64,000 nt of DNA from Spirochaetia bacterium (GTDB taxonomy: Bacteria; Spirochaetota; Spirochaetia; SZUA-6; Bin103): the NCBI GenBank assembly GCA_965203905.1, contig CBDBDQ010000005.1, positions 3,136,001 through 3,200,000 of the forward strand. The letters run 5' to 3'. This document shows, piece after piece, positions 37,392 to 47,914 of this stretch (positions are counted from its first letter, which is position 1; every line of letters starts with the position of its first letter). Both the position numbers and the translations under genes were made by a program. Under the pieces are notes generated by a model, which made no database searches, was not told the origin of the DNA, and saw only the letters and a list, made by a program, of their open reading frames with translations.

Positions 37392-39617
37392 GTGAGCACC
37401 ATCGCCGGACCGGACGACGACAGCCTCACTCCCCGCCAGCAGCGCGTCGCACAGCGCAACTTCACGTTGTTCTCCTTCCTCAACGTGATCTCGTTTCAGC
37501 TCCTGACCGGCAACATCATCGCCCTCTACGCGCTGCGCCTCGGGGCCAACGACCTGCTGGTGGGGATGCTCTACTCGTTCGTTCCCCTGGGCCACATCCT
37601 GCCGCTGCTGGGCCGGGCTATCGTGCGCCGCCTCGGCACCGTGCGCACCATGGGCGTGTTCTGGATCGTCCGCTATGTCCTCATGACCCCGATCCTGTTC
37701 GCGCCGCTGTTCGCGCGCAGCGAGTCGCCGGCCGCCATCTGGCTCATCGCCGCCAGCGTGGTCGGCTTCAACCTGGCGCGGGGGATCGCCGTCACCGGCC
37801 ACAACGCCATCGTCGGGGCGATCACCACGCAGGAGGAGCGCGGTTCGTTCCTGGCGCGCAACCAGCTCGTGGGCCATTTCGGCGCCATCGGTACCGGCGT
37901 CGCCGTCGGCCTGTTGCTGCAGGAGCAGTCGCCGCTGTTCCTGTTCTCGCTGTTGCTGGGCTTCGGCATCGCGGTCGGCTTCGCCTCCACCCGCGTCGTG
38001 TTTCGCTTTCCCGAGCCGCCGGCCCCGGAACGCGGCAGCGGCTTCCTGGGCTCGGTGGCGCGGGCCCTGCGCCGTGCCGGCGTGCTCCGCTTCGTGCTGC
38101 TGCTGGCGCTGAACAGCTTCGTCGCCTCCATGGTGCTGCCGTTCCTGGTGGTCTACGTGAAGCGGGTGCACGAGCTGGGAGACAACGCCACCATGCTGCT
38201 GTCCGCAATCGGCTCGGTGGGAGCGATCGTGATGGCGCTGGTGAGCGGCTTCGTGATCGACCGCGTCGGCGCCAAGCCGCTGATGACGGTGTTCACCGCG
38301 ATCCTTACGGTGACCGTGGTGCTAGTGGCGGTGGCGCCGCCGCTGGGCAGTCCCGAGGCGGTGTGGATCTACCTGGGCGCGGTGTTCTTCTTCGCTACCT
38401 TCGGCTCCAACGGCATCGCCGGCGCCCTCAGCGTCTACTACTTCAACCTGACGCCGCGCGCGGAACGGCTCAACCTGGGAGTTCTCAACTTCCTGGTGAC
38501 CGGAATCCCGGCTTCGCTGGGTGCCTTGGCCGGCGGAGTGGTCCTGGAGCGCCTGGCGACGCTCGGCTTCGAGACCGGCGATGTGTACCGGCTCTACTAC
38601 GGTGCGCTGGTGGCGGCATACGTCGGGATCCTGCTGCTTACCACCCGGCTGGAACGACTCGGCGCCTACCGGGTGCACGACCTCCTGAGCATCTTCGTCT
38701 CACCGCGCCAATTGCGCGCACTGGCTCTGCTGCACCGGCTGAAGGCGAGCCGGACGCCGGCGCGCGAGCAGTCCCTGGTGCGCCGGCTCGGCGACGTGCA
38801 GTCGCGGCTGGCGGGACCGGATCTGCTGCGCAGCCTGGCCTCGCCCCGCTTCGCCGTGCGCACCGAGGTGCTCGACGCCTTGTCCGAGATACCGGCAAAC
38901 GACGAGATCGCGCGTGCCCTCATAGCCGAGGTCGAGCAACAACCCTTCACCACTGCCCACAAGGCGGCGGAGCTGATCGGCCGCAAACAGATCCTGGAGG
39001 GCGTCGAGGTGCTGCGGCGGGGCCTGTCCTCTCCCGACATCTTTCTGCAGGGCAAGTGCATGATCGCGCTCGCGCGCCTCGGCGACACCGAGAGTCGTAA
39101 CCCCATCGAAGAGATCTTCACCTCCACCACCAACCCCAGGCTGCTGATCCACGGTGCGGCCGCACTGGAGCTGTACGGCGATCCGGACTGTCTGGGCGTC
39201 CTGCTGGCGGCGCTGGAGCGCGCCTCGACCCGATACGTGCGTGACGAGGTGATCCTTTCCGCTGCCGGAGTCCTGGAGATGGCAGACGCCTTCTATCCGA
39301 TGTACCAGGGATTCCTGGTGGCGCCGCGGCGCGGTCTGGCGCTGGTGACCGACTTCGTGGCCGAGCACCAGGAGCAGCGGCGCCTGCCGCCGCAGACCTT
39401 GAACCTGGTGACGGCGCCGCTGGCCCGGTTCGGCGACCCGCCGGCGTTTCGCGCCGCCGCCGCCCAAGCCCTGGAGCAGGTGCCGGTGGTGGTCAACGAA
39501 ACGCCGCTGGCGGGTACCCTGGTGCAGGCATTGGAACGTCCCACCACCGGGGAGCTGGATCATTACCGCTTTCTCGTAACAGCGACGGTGGCGTTTCGCG
39601 CCTGGCGCAAGCCATGA
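37392..39617 (+). CDS. MFS transporter fused to a C-terminal HEAT-repeat domain
   Basis: About 12 hydrophobic segments, DRVGAKP motif A; C-terminal VRTEVLDALS / KAAELIG / CMIALARLGD helical repeats. Confidence 0.8.
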   Translation: MSTIAGPDDDSLTPRQQRVAQRNFTLFSFLNVISFQLLTGNIIALYALRLGANDLLVGMLYSFVPLGHILPLLGRAIVRRLGTVRTMGVFWIVRYVLMTPILFAPLFARSESPAAIWLIAASVVGFNLARGIAVTGHNAIVGAITTQEERGSFLARNQLVGHFGAIGTGVAVGLLLQEQSPLFLFSLLLGFGIAVGFASTRVVFRFPEPPAPERGSGFLGSVARALRRAGVLRFVLLLALNSFVASMVLPFLVVYVKRVHELGDNATMLLSAIGSVGAIVMALVSGFVIDRVGAKPLMTVFTAILTVTVVLVAVAPPLGSPEAVWIYLGAVFFFATFGSNGIAGALSVYYFNLTPRAERLNLGVLNFLVTGIPASLGALAGGVVLERLATLGFETGDVYRLYYGALVAAYVGILLLTTRLERLGAYRVHDLLSIFVSPRQLRALALLHRLKASRTPAREQSLVRRLGDVQSRLAGPDLLRSLASPRFAVRTEVLDALSEIPANDEIARALIAEVEQQPFTTAHKAAELIGRKQILEGVEVLRRGLSSPDIFLQGKCMIALARLGDTESRNPIEEIFTSTTNPRLLIHGAAALELYGDPDCLGVLLAALERASTRYVRDEVILSAAGVLEMADAFYPMYQGFLVAPRRGLALVTDFVAEHQEQRRLPPQTLNLVTAPLARFGDPPAFRAAAAQALEQVPVVVNETPLAGTLVQALERPTTGELDHYRFLVTATVAFRAWRKP

Positions 39618-39659
39618 TCCCCCGCGGAGGGCACCGTTTCCGGTCAGGGGTCCCGCCGC

Positions 39660-40628
39660 TCACAGCGCGATGAGGCGGCCTTCGGTGGCGGAGCGCTCCG
39701 CCGCCTCCACGATGCGTTGGGCGGCGACGGCGTCCTCCATGGTGGAGAGCGGCGGCGGGCCGCCGTCGCGCACGTGGGCGACGAAGTGCTGCACCTCGCG
39801 ATAGATCGTGTAGGGGTAGGCGCTGTAGGTCTGGGAGTGGGCGTCGGCCGGCTTGTTCTGCACCCAGTCGCGGTAGCTGTAGCGGGCGGCGCCGTCGGTG
39901 CCGATCGCCTTCACCTGCACGGTCCACGGATCGCCGGAGTGGTCATCGGCGGCGAAGCTGGCCTGCAGATGGGCCAGCGCGCCCGACCGCATCCGCAGGT
40001 TCACCATGGCGATGTCTTCCTGGGTGATTTCCCGGTAGTGCAGGGTCGCCTTCATGGCGGTGAGCTCGCTCGGGCGGCCGGCGAGGAACAGCAGAATGTA
40101 GGCGTGATGGGTCAGGATCTGGCGAATCACCCCCGGAAACAGCCGCGCGATCTCCTCCGCGTGGTGAATGTTGTAGAGCACGTACACCGCTATCAGGCGG
40201 CCCAGCGCGCCACCCTCGATCAGCTCGCGGGCTCGCTGCACTCCATCCTCGTAGATGTAGTTGTGGCCCGGCATGCACACCAGGCCCGCCGCTGCCGCGG
40301 CCGCCGCCATCTCCTCGATCTCGGCCACGGTGACGCCCACCGGCTTTTCCACCAGCACGTGCTTGCCCGCCGCCAGCGCCTGCAGCGTCAACTCGTGATG
40401 GGTCTCCAGGTTGGTGAGCACGTGCACCGCGTCGACGGCGGGATCCGCCAGCAGCTCGGCCACGCTGTCGTAGCGGGCGCAGCCGTAGGCCTGCGCCTTC
40501 TCCTCGGCCCGCTGCGGCGTGCGGTTCCACAGCCCCACCAGGCGCGCCCCGGCACAGCGTGCCACCGCCTCGGCGTGCAGGTTGGCCACCATCCCCGCAC
40601 CGATGAATCCGATTCCCAATTGCTTCAT
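39660..40628 (-). CDS. Gfo/Idh/MocA family oxidoreductase
   Basis: IGFIGAG, GKHVLVEKP, GHNYIY. Confidence 0.9.
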   Translation of the reverse strand: MKQLGIGFIGAGMVANLHAEAVARCAGARLVGLWNRTPQRAEEKAQAYGCARYDSVAELLADPAVDAVHVLTNLETHHELTLQALAAGKHVLVEKPVGVTVAEIEEMAAAAAAAGLVCMPGHNYIYEDGVQRARELIEGGALGRLIAVYVLYNIHHAEEIARLFPGVIRQILTHHAYILLFLAGRPSELTAMKATLHYREITQEDIAMVNLRMRSGALAHLQASFAADDHSGDPWTVQVKAIGTDGAARYSYRDWVQNKPADAHSQTYSAYPYTIYREVQHFVAHVRDGGPPPLSTMEDAVAAQRIVEAAERSATEGRLIAL

Positions 40629-40836
40629 GCTTCAGCCGAACCTCCGTTGCGCGTCGCTGCGCAGGGCGCTGAGCATACGCCGCTCCCGCCGCCACGGCCA
40701 AGCGCTTCCTCGGCACCGCGACTCTTGCAGCCCTGGAGCGGATCCTGGCGCAGGCGGCGCAGGGAGGCTGAACGAACACGAGCGACCGAGCTGCCGCTGC
40801 CGCGGCGATGGCAGCCATGATAGGGTGCCGGCAGCT

Positions 40837-41865
40837 ATGCAGTATCGACGGATGGGACGCACCGGGCTGAAGGTGTCGGAGCTGTGCCTCGGCACCATGA
40901 CCTTCGGGGTCAGCGCGGATGCGGCCGCCGCGGCGCGGATGGTGGACGCCGCCCTCGGCGCCGGGGTGAACTTCATCGACACGGCCAACGCCTACGCCGG
41001 CGGCGAGTCGGAGCGGCTGTTGGGCAAGGCCCTCGGCGGGCGCCGCGACCAGGTGGTGGTGGCCACCAAGTTCTTCAATCCCATGGGCGGCGGCGTCAAC
41101 GACTCCGGCATGTCGCGGGTGCACATCATGCGCGCGGTCGACGACAGCCTGCGGCGCCTGGGCACCGACTGGGTGGATCTCTACTACATCCATCACGTCG
41201 ACGTGGAGACCGAGCTGGACGAGATGCTGCACGCGGTCGACACCCTGGTGCGGCAGGGCAAGGTGCGCTATCCGGCCTGCAGCAACTACGAGGCGTGGCG
41301 GTTGAGCGAGGCGCTGTGGCTCAGCGACCACTCCGGCCTGGCCCGCTTCGAGTGCTACCAGCCGCAGTACAGCCTGGTGGTGCGCGACATCGAGCTGGAG
41401 CTGCTGCCGCTGTGTGCCTACAAGCGCCTCGGGGTGGCGGTGTGGGCGCCGCTGGCGGGAGGCTTCCTGAGCGGCAGCTACCGGCCGGGCATGCAGGTGC
41501 GGGAGGGGTCCCGCTCGGCCGAGGGGTGGGCCTATCCGGGCCGCTTCTTCGCGCCGTCGGCCGACGCCACGTTGCGCCTGCTGCTGGAGCGGGCCCCGGA
41601 GACCGGCCGCACGCCGGCGCAGGTGGCGTTGCGCTGGGTCATGGACCGGCCGGGCATCACCTCGGCCATCGTCGGCGCCCGTGACGCCGGCCAGTTGGCG
41701 GAGAACCTGGGCGCGGCCGGCTGGCGTCTCGACGCCGAGCTGGCGCAGGCGCTTACCGCGGTGAGCGAGCCGGCGCCGCGCTACCCGCAGGCGATGGAAG
41801 CGGACATGGCGCAGCGCCGCGCCGAGGCGGTGGTCGTGCCGGGGCGCGAAGGAGGAACGGCATGA
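40837..41865 (+). CDS. Aldo/keto reductase
   Basis: GRTGLKVSELCLGTMTFG, FIDTANAY, ATK, DLYYIH, PLAGGFLSG. Confidence 0.93.
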   Translation: MQYRRMGRTGLKVSELCLGTMTFGVSADAAAAARMVDAALGAGVNFIDTANAYAGGESERLLGKALGGRRDQVVVATKFFNPMGGGVNDSGMSRVHIMRAVDDSLRRLGTDWVDLYYIHHVDVETELDEMLHAVDTLVRQGKVRYPACSNYEAWRLSEALWLSDHSGLARFECYQPQYSLVVRDIELELLPLCAYKRLGVAVWAPLAGGFLSGSYRPGMQVREGSRSAEGWAYPGRFFAPSADATLRLLLERAPETGRTPAQVALRWVMDRPGITSAIVGARDAGQLAENLGAAGWRLDAELAQALTAVSEPAPRYPQAMEADMAQRRAEAVVVPGREGGTA

Positions 41866-42710
41866 GCTGGAATTGGGAACTGGTAGCCGATCACGACTAC
41901 ATCACCGAGGGACCGGTGTGGGACGGGCGCTACCTGTTCTACTCGGAGATCGGCGCCAGCCGCACCTGGCGCTACGACCCGGACAGCGGCGAACGGGTGG
42001 TGTGGCGCGAGGACACCGGCCGCGCCAATGGCATGTTGCGGGCTCCCGGCGGCGGACTGCTGGCCTGCGAGGGCGGCGGCCGCCGCGTGGTGCGCTACGT
42101 CGCGGGCGCCCCGACCGAGGTGATCGCCGACAATGTCGCCGGCAAGCCGTTCAACGAGCCCAATGACCTGGCGCAGGAGGCATCGGGCAGGATCTGGTTC
42201 AGCGATCCCAATTATGGCGAACGCCCCATGCACCTGGACCACGAGTCGGTCTACCGGGTCGATCCCGGAGCCGCGGCGGCGCGCGTCACTTTCGACACCA
42301 ACCGTCCCAACGGAGTGCTGCTGAACGCTGCCGAAAGCGAGCTGTACGTCGCCGAGAGCCCCCACGGGATGGATCAGCCGCGCCAGCTCCGCGCCTATCC
42401 GATCGCTGCCGACGGCAGCCTGGGCGAGCGCCGCGTGCTGCACGATTTCGGCGACGGGCGCGGCGTGGACGGCATGACCCGCACCACCGAAGGGCTGATC
42501 GTCGCTACCGCCGGTCACCACAAGCGCGGGCCGGGCCCGATGATCTACCTGTTCGAAGCCTCCGGCCGGGTGCTGTCGACGCATCCGACGCCGGCCGACC
42601 AGCCCACCAACTGCACCTTCGCCGAGACCGGCCGCAGGGTGCTGTACGTGACCTTTGGCGGCGGCGAGCTCTACCGGGTGGCCAACACCGGGCTGATCGG
42701 CGACCTGTAA
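41862..42710 (+). CDS. SMP-30/gluconolactonase family protein
   Basis: TEGPVWDG, FNEPND, RPNGV, DGMT, PTNCTF. Confidence 0.9.
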   Translation: MSWNWELVADHDYITEGPVWDGRYLFYSEIGASRTWRYDPDSGERVVWREDTGRANGMLRAPGGGLLACEGGGRRVVRYVAGAPTEVIADNVAGKPFNEPNDLAQEASGRIWFSDPNYGERPMHLDHESVYRVDPGAAAARVTFDTNRPNGVLLNAAESELYVAESPHGMDQPRQLRAYPIAADGSLGERRVLHDFGDGRGVDGMTRTTEGLIVATAGHHKRGPGPMIYLFEASGRVLSTHPTPADQPTNCTFAETGRRVLYVTFGGGELYRVANTGLIGDL

Positions 42711-42754
42711 GGCCAGACGTGTGAGGGCAGGCGGCGCGGCCGCCGCCCAGGCGC

Positions 42755-43183
42755 TCAGGCGACGAACAGAAGATAGGCGACGAGGGCCAGCACGGCGCCG
42801 GTCACCACGCCGGCCACCACCTCGCCGACGCTGTGTCCGACCACGGCCGGATCGAACTTGCGCCGTTCCGCCGGCAGCAGGCTGACCAGCTCCCGCAACA
42901 GGCGACTGTGGCGGTCGACGGTCTGGCGCAGGCGTAACGCGTCGAACACCACGATCGTCGCCAGCACCACCGCCACGGTGAACGCACCCGATCCCCAGCC
43001 CTCGATCAGGCCCACCGACAGGGTCAACGCGGTCACAAAGGCGGAATGGGCACTTGGCATGCCGCCGGTGGAGACAAAGCGCGCCGCCTCCAGCCTGCGG
43101 TTGCGGATCGAGTAGTAGACCACCTTGAACGCCTGGCAGGCGAGCTGGATGGCGACCGTGATGACTAACGCAGGACTGATCAT
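42755..43183 (-). CDS. Divergent PAP2 family (DUF212) membrane protein
   Basis: TGGMPSAHSA, VFDALRLR, GHSVGEV. Confidence 0.85.
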   Translation of the reverse strand: MISPALVITVAIQLACQAFKVVYYSIRNRRLEAARFVSTGGMPSAHSAFVTALTLSVGLIEGWGSGAFTVAVVLATIVVFDALRLRQTVDRHSRLLRELVSLLPAERRKFDPAVVGHSVGEVVAGVVTGAVLALVAYLLFVA

Positions 43184-43210
43184 GCGACGCCCTTCGGCGT
43201 CATTTCGGGC

Positions 43211-44500
43211 TCAGCCGAGCCCAGCGCGCAGCGCCGCCAAGTGGCGTGCGAAGTGGTCCGCCAACACCTCGCAGTAGGTGTCGGGATGGGCCTCCAGCAG
43301 CGCCACGATCGCGGGGCCGAGCTGCGCGTCGCGCAGCGTCGAACCGAAGGTGCAGTGCAGGATCTGGCGTCCCGGCTGGGTGAACCCCCTGCCCTGCGGC
43401 ACCCGCTCCCACAGCTCCAGGTACGTGTGCTCCAGCTCCACCGGGTCGCCGATCTCGGTGGCCGGCGCGACTCCCGCGACCGTCGCCGAGACGTGGTAGG
43501 TGGCCTTGTCGATGTCGTAGCGGCCGCGGGCGAAGTCGATGATACGCCGGAACAGCGCCTGGTCGTGGCGCGCCACTACCCGCAGCGCCTCCAGGTAGCT
43601 GGTGCCGGCGGTCTTGACGTGGAAACGGCCGCCGCTGGCGCGGGCAAACGCGGGATACATCGCCAGCTTGTCGGAGCCGGAGTGCAGCGACAGCTTGTAG
43701 GGGCCGAGCGCCTCGGCGATGGCCGCGTGCTGTCGGAGCGACTGCTCCAGGGCCGCTACGTCCCCCTTGTAGTCCACCCCTTTTTCGAAATCCCCGATGT
43801 AGCGCGGTGCCAGGGACACCAGCTTCATCCCGCTCTGCAGGCACAGGTCCGCAACGATGTAGTGTTCGGCGAGGGTGGTGGGCTGCTCGGTCTCGTCGAC
43901 GCTGAGCTCGATCTCGTAGTCGCTCCCGGCCGCTTCGTTGACGGCGCGGATATGCTCTCCCAGCAGCAGCGCGTGGCGAATGGCGCGGCCGTACTTCACC
44001 GCGCAGCGCATGCACGCCGTCTCGTCGAGATCCACCGTGACCCCGCCGCAGGAGATGCTGCGGCCGCGGTAACGGTCGAACCACTCGATCTCGTCGCGTA
44101 GCGCCGCGAACTTGGCTTGCAGGGTGGCGGCGTCGTAGCCGTCCGCGTGCTCGTCGACGTGGTCGGACGGATCGATGGTGTAGAAGGTGTAGCCTGCGGC
44201 ATGGGTGGCGTCGACGTCGTCCACGGTCTTGAGGTGGTCGGCGTCGGCGCCGGTGTGGCCGTCCCAGTTGCTCGCCACCATGCCGCCGAGCGCATCGTTC
44301 ATCACCTGCTCCGGCGAGCGGTCGGTTCGGACCATCTCGCGGATCGATTGCTGGGCGAATATCGGTTCGATGCCGCCGCCGGCGCGCTGCATCGCCGCTA
44401 CGTGTCCGGGGGTGGCGAGCCCGATGCGGTCGCCGAAGCCGAAGCTGGGAGCCATGCCGAGGGTGACGGCGCGCACCCGTGGTGCTGCCTGGGTAGCCAT
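43211..44500 (-). CDS. uxaE: Tagaturonate/fructuronate epimerase
   Basis: SFGFGDRIGLATPGH, AQQSIREM, GADADHLK, KLSLHSGSDK, HVKTAGTSYLEA, RQILHCTFG. Confidence 0.92.
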   Translation of the reverse strand: MATQAAPRVRAVTLGMAPSFGFGDRIGLATPGHVAAMQRAGGGIEPIFAQQSIREMVRTDRSPEQVMNDALGGMVASNWDGHTGADADHLKTVDDVDATHAAGYTFYTIDPSDHVDEHADGYDAATLQAKFAALRDEIEWFDRYRGRSISCGGVTVDLDETACMRCAVKYGRAIRHALLLGEHIRAVNEAAGSDYEIELSVDETEQPTTLAEHYIVADLCLQSGMKLVSLAPRYIGDFEKGVDYKGDVAALEQSLRQHAAIAEALGPYKLSLHSGSDKLAMYPAFARASGGRFHVKTAGTSYLEALRVVARHDQALFRRIIDFARGRYDIDKATYHVSATVAGVAPATEIGDPVELEHTYLELWERVPQGRGFTQPGRQILHCTFGSTLRDAQLGPAIVALLEAHPDTYCEVLADHFARHLAALRAGLG

Positions 44501-44576
44501 ATTGAGCTGCGATTATGTGGTATCCCCGACCCGCGCGCAAGCCGACCGGCCCGGTGCGCCCGGTGCCGGGCGCGGC

Positions 44577-45377
44577 TCAGAACTGGCAGTCATGGTGGTG
44601 GCGATGCAGCCAGGCCTGGTGGCGGCGGTAGTCGGGCGCCGCGGCGGCCACCACTTCCCAAAACCGCGGCGAGTGGTCGAACACCACCAGGTGGGCCAGC
44701 TCGTGGATCAGCACGTAGTCGAACACCGGCTGCGGCGTCAGCAGGAGACGCGTGGAGACGGTGATGTTGCCGCTCGCGTTGCAACTCCCCCAGCGGCTGC
44801 GCGCGAAGCGGTAGCGCACCGTGCCCAGCCGCTGCCGGAAGTACTGCCGGTTGAGCTCCTCGACCCGGCGTCGCAGCTCCGGCTGCTTGGCCAGGGCCAG
44901 GCCGCGGCTTACCAGCCGGGGCAAGGCGTGGCGCTGCGCGGCGGCAGTCTGGCGGTCGGAGAGGACGATGCGGATCAGCCGGGCGCCGTCCGGATCCGGG
45001 CCATCCAGACGCACGCCGTTGGTAGCGCGGGGGGCGTGTCCGATCTGCAACCGGAAGCGGTCGCCGCCGATGGCCAGCAGCTGGCCGTCCCGGTAGCTGC
45101 GCGGCGGCCGGATCCGATAGCGCTCCGGATCGCGACGGATGGTGCGCTGCGCCCAGCGCAGGAGTGTCGCCACGTGCTCTTCGCAGGCGGCCGCACTGTC
45201 GCCGGCGGGCACCCGGATCAGGACCCCGCGGGCGCCGATGGTGGCCCGCGCATTGGGTCGCGGTTCGTGGCTGACGGTAACCGGGATGGTCACCTCGCCC
45301 ACCTGCAGCTCGAAACGGGTATCGGCAGGCGGCTGCAGGCGTACCGCCGGTACCGGGAACTCGGTAGCCTCCCTCAA
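44577..45377 (-). CDS. YgjP/DUF45 (M48-like) metal-dependent hydrolase; start uncertain
   Basis: RSRWGSCN, DYVLIHELAHL, HSPRFW. Confidence 0.85.
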   Translation of the reverse strand: MREATEFPVPAVRLQPPADTRFELQVGEVTIPVTVSHEPRPNARATIGARGVLIRVPAGDSAAACEEHVATLLRWAQRTIRRDPERYRIRPPRSYRDGQLLAIGGDRFRLQIGHAPRATNGVRLDGPDPDGARLIRIVLSDRQTAAAQRHALPRLVSRGLALAKQPELRRRVEELNRQYFRQRLGTVRYRFARSRWGSCNASGNITVSTRLLLTPQPVFDYVLIHELAHLVVFDHSPRFWEVVAAAAPDYRRHQAWLHRHHHDCQF

Positions 45378-46633
45378 CCGGCGTGCTTGAAGGCCACCAC
45401 TCCGTTGTGGCCGCCGAAGCCGAAGCTGTTGGAGAGGGCCGCACGCATCGGTGCCGCCACCCCGCGCTGCGCGACGTAGTCGAGATCGCACGCCGGGTCG
45501 GGCTCTTCCAGGTTGGCCGTGGGCGGGTAGAACTGCTCGTGCAGCGCCTTTACCGTTACCACCGCCTCTACTCCGCCGGACCCGCCGAGCAGATGGCCCA
45601 CCATCGACTTGGTCGATGACACCTTGAGCCGGTACGCGTGCTCGCCGAACACGCCCTTGATGGCGGCGGTCTCGACCGGGTCGTTGAGCGGGGTGGAGGT
45701 GCCGTGGGCGTTGACGTAGTCCACCTCGTCAGGCTGCAGTCCCGCGCTGCGCATCGCCTGGCGCATGGCCGACTGGGCGCACAGCCCCTCCGGATGGGGG
45801 GCGGTGAGGTGGTGGGCGTCGCAGGTGGCGCCGTAGCCGGCCAGCTCGGCGTACACCGGGGCGCCGCGGGCAGCGGCGTGGTCGGCCGACTCGAGCAGCA
45901 GGATGCCGGCGCCCTCGCCGAGCACGAAGCCGCTGCGCGCCTTGTCGAACGGGCGGCTGGCGCGCTGCGGCGCGTCGTTGAAGCTGGTGGTGAGGGCCTG
46001 CAGGTTGCCGAAGCCGGCGAAGGTGATTGGCCACAGCGGCGCTTCCGCGCCGCCGGTTATCATCACGTCGCACAGTCCCGCGCGGATGCAGCGCAGGGCG
46101 CGCCCGATGGCGTCGGTGGCCGAGGTGCAGGCCGAGGCGATCACCAGTCCGGGGCCGGTGATGCCGAACTTGATGGCGAGCTGACCCACCGGGCTGTTGG
46201 CCATCAACTTGGGCACGAACAGCGGCTCTACGCCGTCCGGGCCGCGTGCGGCCAGCTTCTCGCAGGCGCGCTGAAAGGAATGGACGCCGCCGAAGCCGAC
46301 CCCCAGCATGATGCCGGTGCGCTCCGGCTGCAGCGCTCCCGGCTGCTCCAGCCCGGCGTCGCGCAACGCCTGGATGGCGGAGACCATGGCGTACACGGTG
46401 AACGGATCCATGCGCCGCGCCTCCTTGCGTTCCAGGTAGTCGCCCACGTTCAGGTCGTGCACCTCGCTGGCGACCTTGGCCGCCAGCAGCTCGGGATCGA
46501 ACTTGGTGAGGGGACCGATACCGATGGTGCCGGAGCGTGCGCCGTGCCAGGTATCCGCGGCCGTGTTGCCCAGGGAGCTCACCGCCCCCAGCCCGGTCAC
46601 TACGACCCGCGTGTCATTGTCCAGTCCGGACAT
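45374..46633 (-). CDS. fabF: Beta-ketoacyl-ACP synthase II
   Basis: RVVVTGLGAVS, SACTS, NAHGTST, KSMVGHLLG, SNSFGFGGHN. Confidence 0.95.
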   Translation of the reverse strand: MSGLDNDTRVVVTGLGAVSSLGNTAADTWHGARSGTIGIGPLTKFDPELLAAKVASEVHDLNVGDYLERKEARRMDPFTVYAMVSAIQALRDAGLEQPGALQPERTGIMLGVGFGGVHSFQRACEKLAARGPDGVEPLFVPKLMANSPVGQLAIKFGITGPGLVIASACTSATDAIGRALRCIRAGLCDVMITGGAEAPLWPITFAGFGNLQALTTSFNDAPQRASRPFDKARSGFVLGEGAGILLLESADHAAARGAPVYAELAGYGATCDAHHLTAPHPEGLCAQSAMRQAMRSAGLQPDEVDYVNAHGTSTPLNDPVETAAIKGVFGEHAYRLKVSSTKSMVGHLLGGSGGVEAVVTVKALHEQFYPPTANLEEPDPACDLDYVAQRGVAAPMRAALSNSFGFGGHNGVVAFKHAG

Positions 46634-46705
46634 GCCGCCAACAGGGTGGGGGGCAGCGGGCGCCGCCGTCAACCCACGACGCGGCGCGGCGCACAGACGC
46701 GCCGT

Positions 46706-47914
46706 TCAGTCGCCCTGCGCGCCGAAGTCGGCATGTGGCTCCAGGTGCACGGTACCGGGGCCGGCGTCGTGGATCTGGCCGATCTCGGCCGTTACGTCGG
46801 CCACGGCCTCCTCGCCCAGGGCCACCTCCAGCATCACCTGGGCTTCGTAGCTTGTTCCCGGTTGCAGGCTGATCACGCGTCCGGCGGCCCGTTCGATGGC
46901 GCGGGTGTTGGGGTAGTTGGTGGCGGGCTCGATGCCGACCACGTAACCCTGTTCGGTGGCGGCGGTGTTCTTCCACAGGGTCAGGCAGGGCAGTTGGCGG
47001 CGGTCGAAGCGAACCACCGCGGCGCGGCTGGCATCCGCCGCGACCAGCGCGGCGAGGGAGGCGCCGTCCCCGGGCCGTGCCGCCGGCCGGAAGAAGTACA
47101 CCTGCTCCACGTAGCCGGCGGTCGGACCGAGACACGCCGCGGTACGGGCCGCGACGGTCGCGGCGTCGGTGCCGAGCCCCTCCCGCGCGCGGGCGTCACG
47201 CGGGGCCATGGCGACGAACGGCACCGCCACCCGGCTGCCCGCCTCCAGGAACGGCGGGCCGAAGTTGCAGTGATAGAGCAGCTCCAGCTCGGCGGGGGTG
47301 GCCTGCAGGTTGCGCACGCGGTCGGCCACCGTGATGCGGGACGATCCCGGCGTCACCGAGATGGTGGTCTGCAACTCCAGCAGCGGGTGGAACAGCGCCG
47401 TCTCGGCCACGTGCCCGGTGATCTGCAGCACTTCCTGCGCGGGGTCGGCGCTGATCGCCACGTAGTGCGCCGGCTGGTTGGCGATCCTGCCGTGCAGGTC
47501 GAGTTGCACGGTGATCGGGTTGCCGTTGTTGTCCAGCACGGTATCGGGGCCGGGAGCGCCGTTGGAGTCCAGGCCGCAGCGCACCACCCACTCGTCGAAC
47601 CCTCGCAGCCAGCCCAGGCCGCCACGTTCTCCGGACACCACGTAGGACGGGTGCACGGGGCCCCGTACCGGTGACTGCCAGCCCAGGTCCAGGCCCCGGT
47701 AGCGGCCGCGCCACAGGCCCATCCCGCGGGTCGGCAACACCGTGAAGCTGAGCTCGCCGCAGGTCACCTGCAGCAGGTCCACCCCTTCGCTGAGGCCGCC
47801 GCGCAAACGTCGCTTGGTCACCCGGCAGTCGGCGAGGCCAAGCTCGGCTGGCCCCAGGTCCAGCGTCTCCACCCACAACCCCGTGGCGTGGTCGGTCACT
47901 AGCCACTGTCGCAT
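46706..47914 (-). CDS. Aldose 1-epimerase-like protein (DUF4432)
   Basis: LPTRGMG, GWLRGF, LHGRIAN, LYHCNFG, GIEPATNYP. Confidence 0.85.
   Translation of the reverse strand: MRQWLVTDHATGLWVETLDLGPAELGLADCRVTKRRLRGGLSEGVDLLQVTCGELSFTVLPTRGMGLWRGRYRGLDLGWQSPVRGPVHPSYVVSGERGGLGWLRGFDEWVVRCGLDSNGAPGPDTVLDNNGNPITVQLDLHGRIANQPAHYVAISADPAQEVLQITGHVAETALFHPLLELQTTISVTPGSSRITVADRVRNLQATPAELELLYHCNFGPPFLEAGSRVAVPFVAMAPRDARAREGLGTDAATVAARTAACLGPTAGYVEQVYFFRPAARPGDGASLAALVAADASRAAVVRFDRRQLPCLTLWKNTAATEQGYVVGIEPATNYPNTRAIERAAGRVISLQPGTSYEAQVMLEVALGEEAVADVTAEIGQIHDAGPGTVHLEPHADFGAQGD

Noticed and set aside
45374-46633. Ketosynthase as a possible PKS cluster
   Set aside because: Ordinary FabF motifs; no ACP, chain-length factor or tailoring genes nearby
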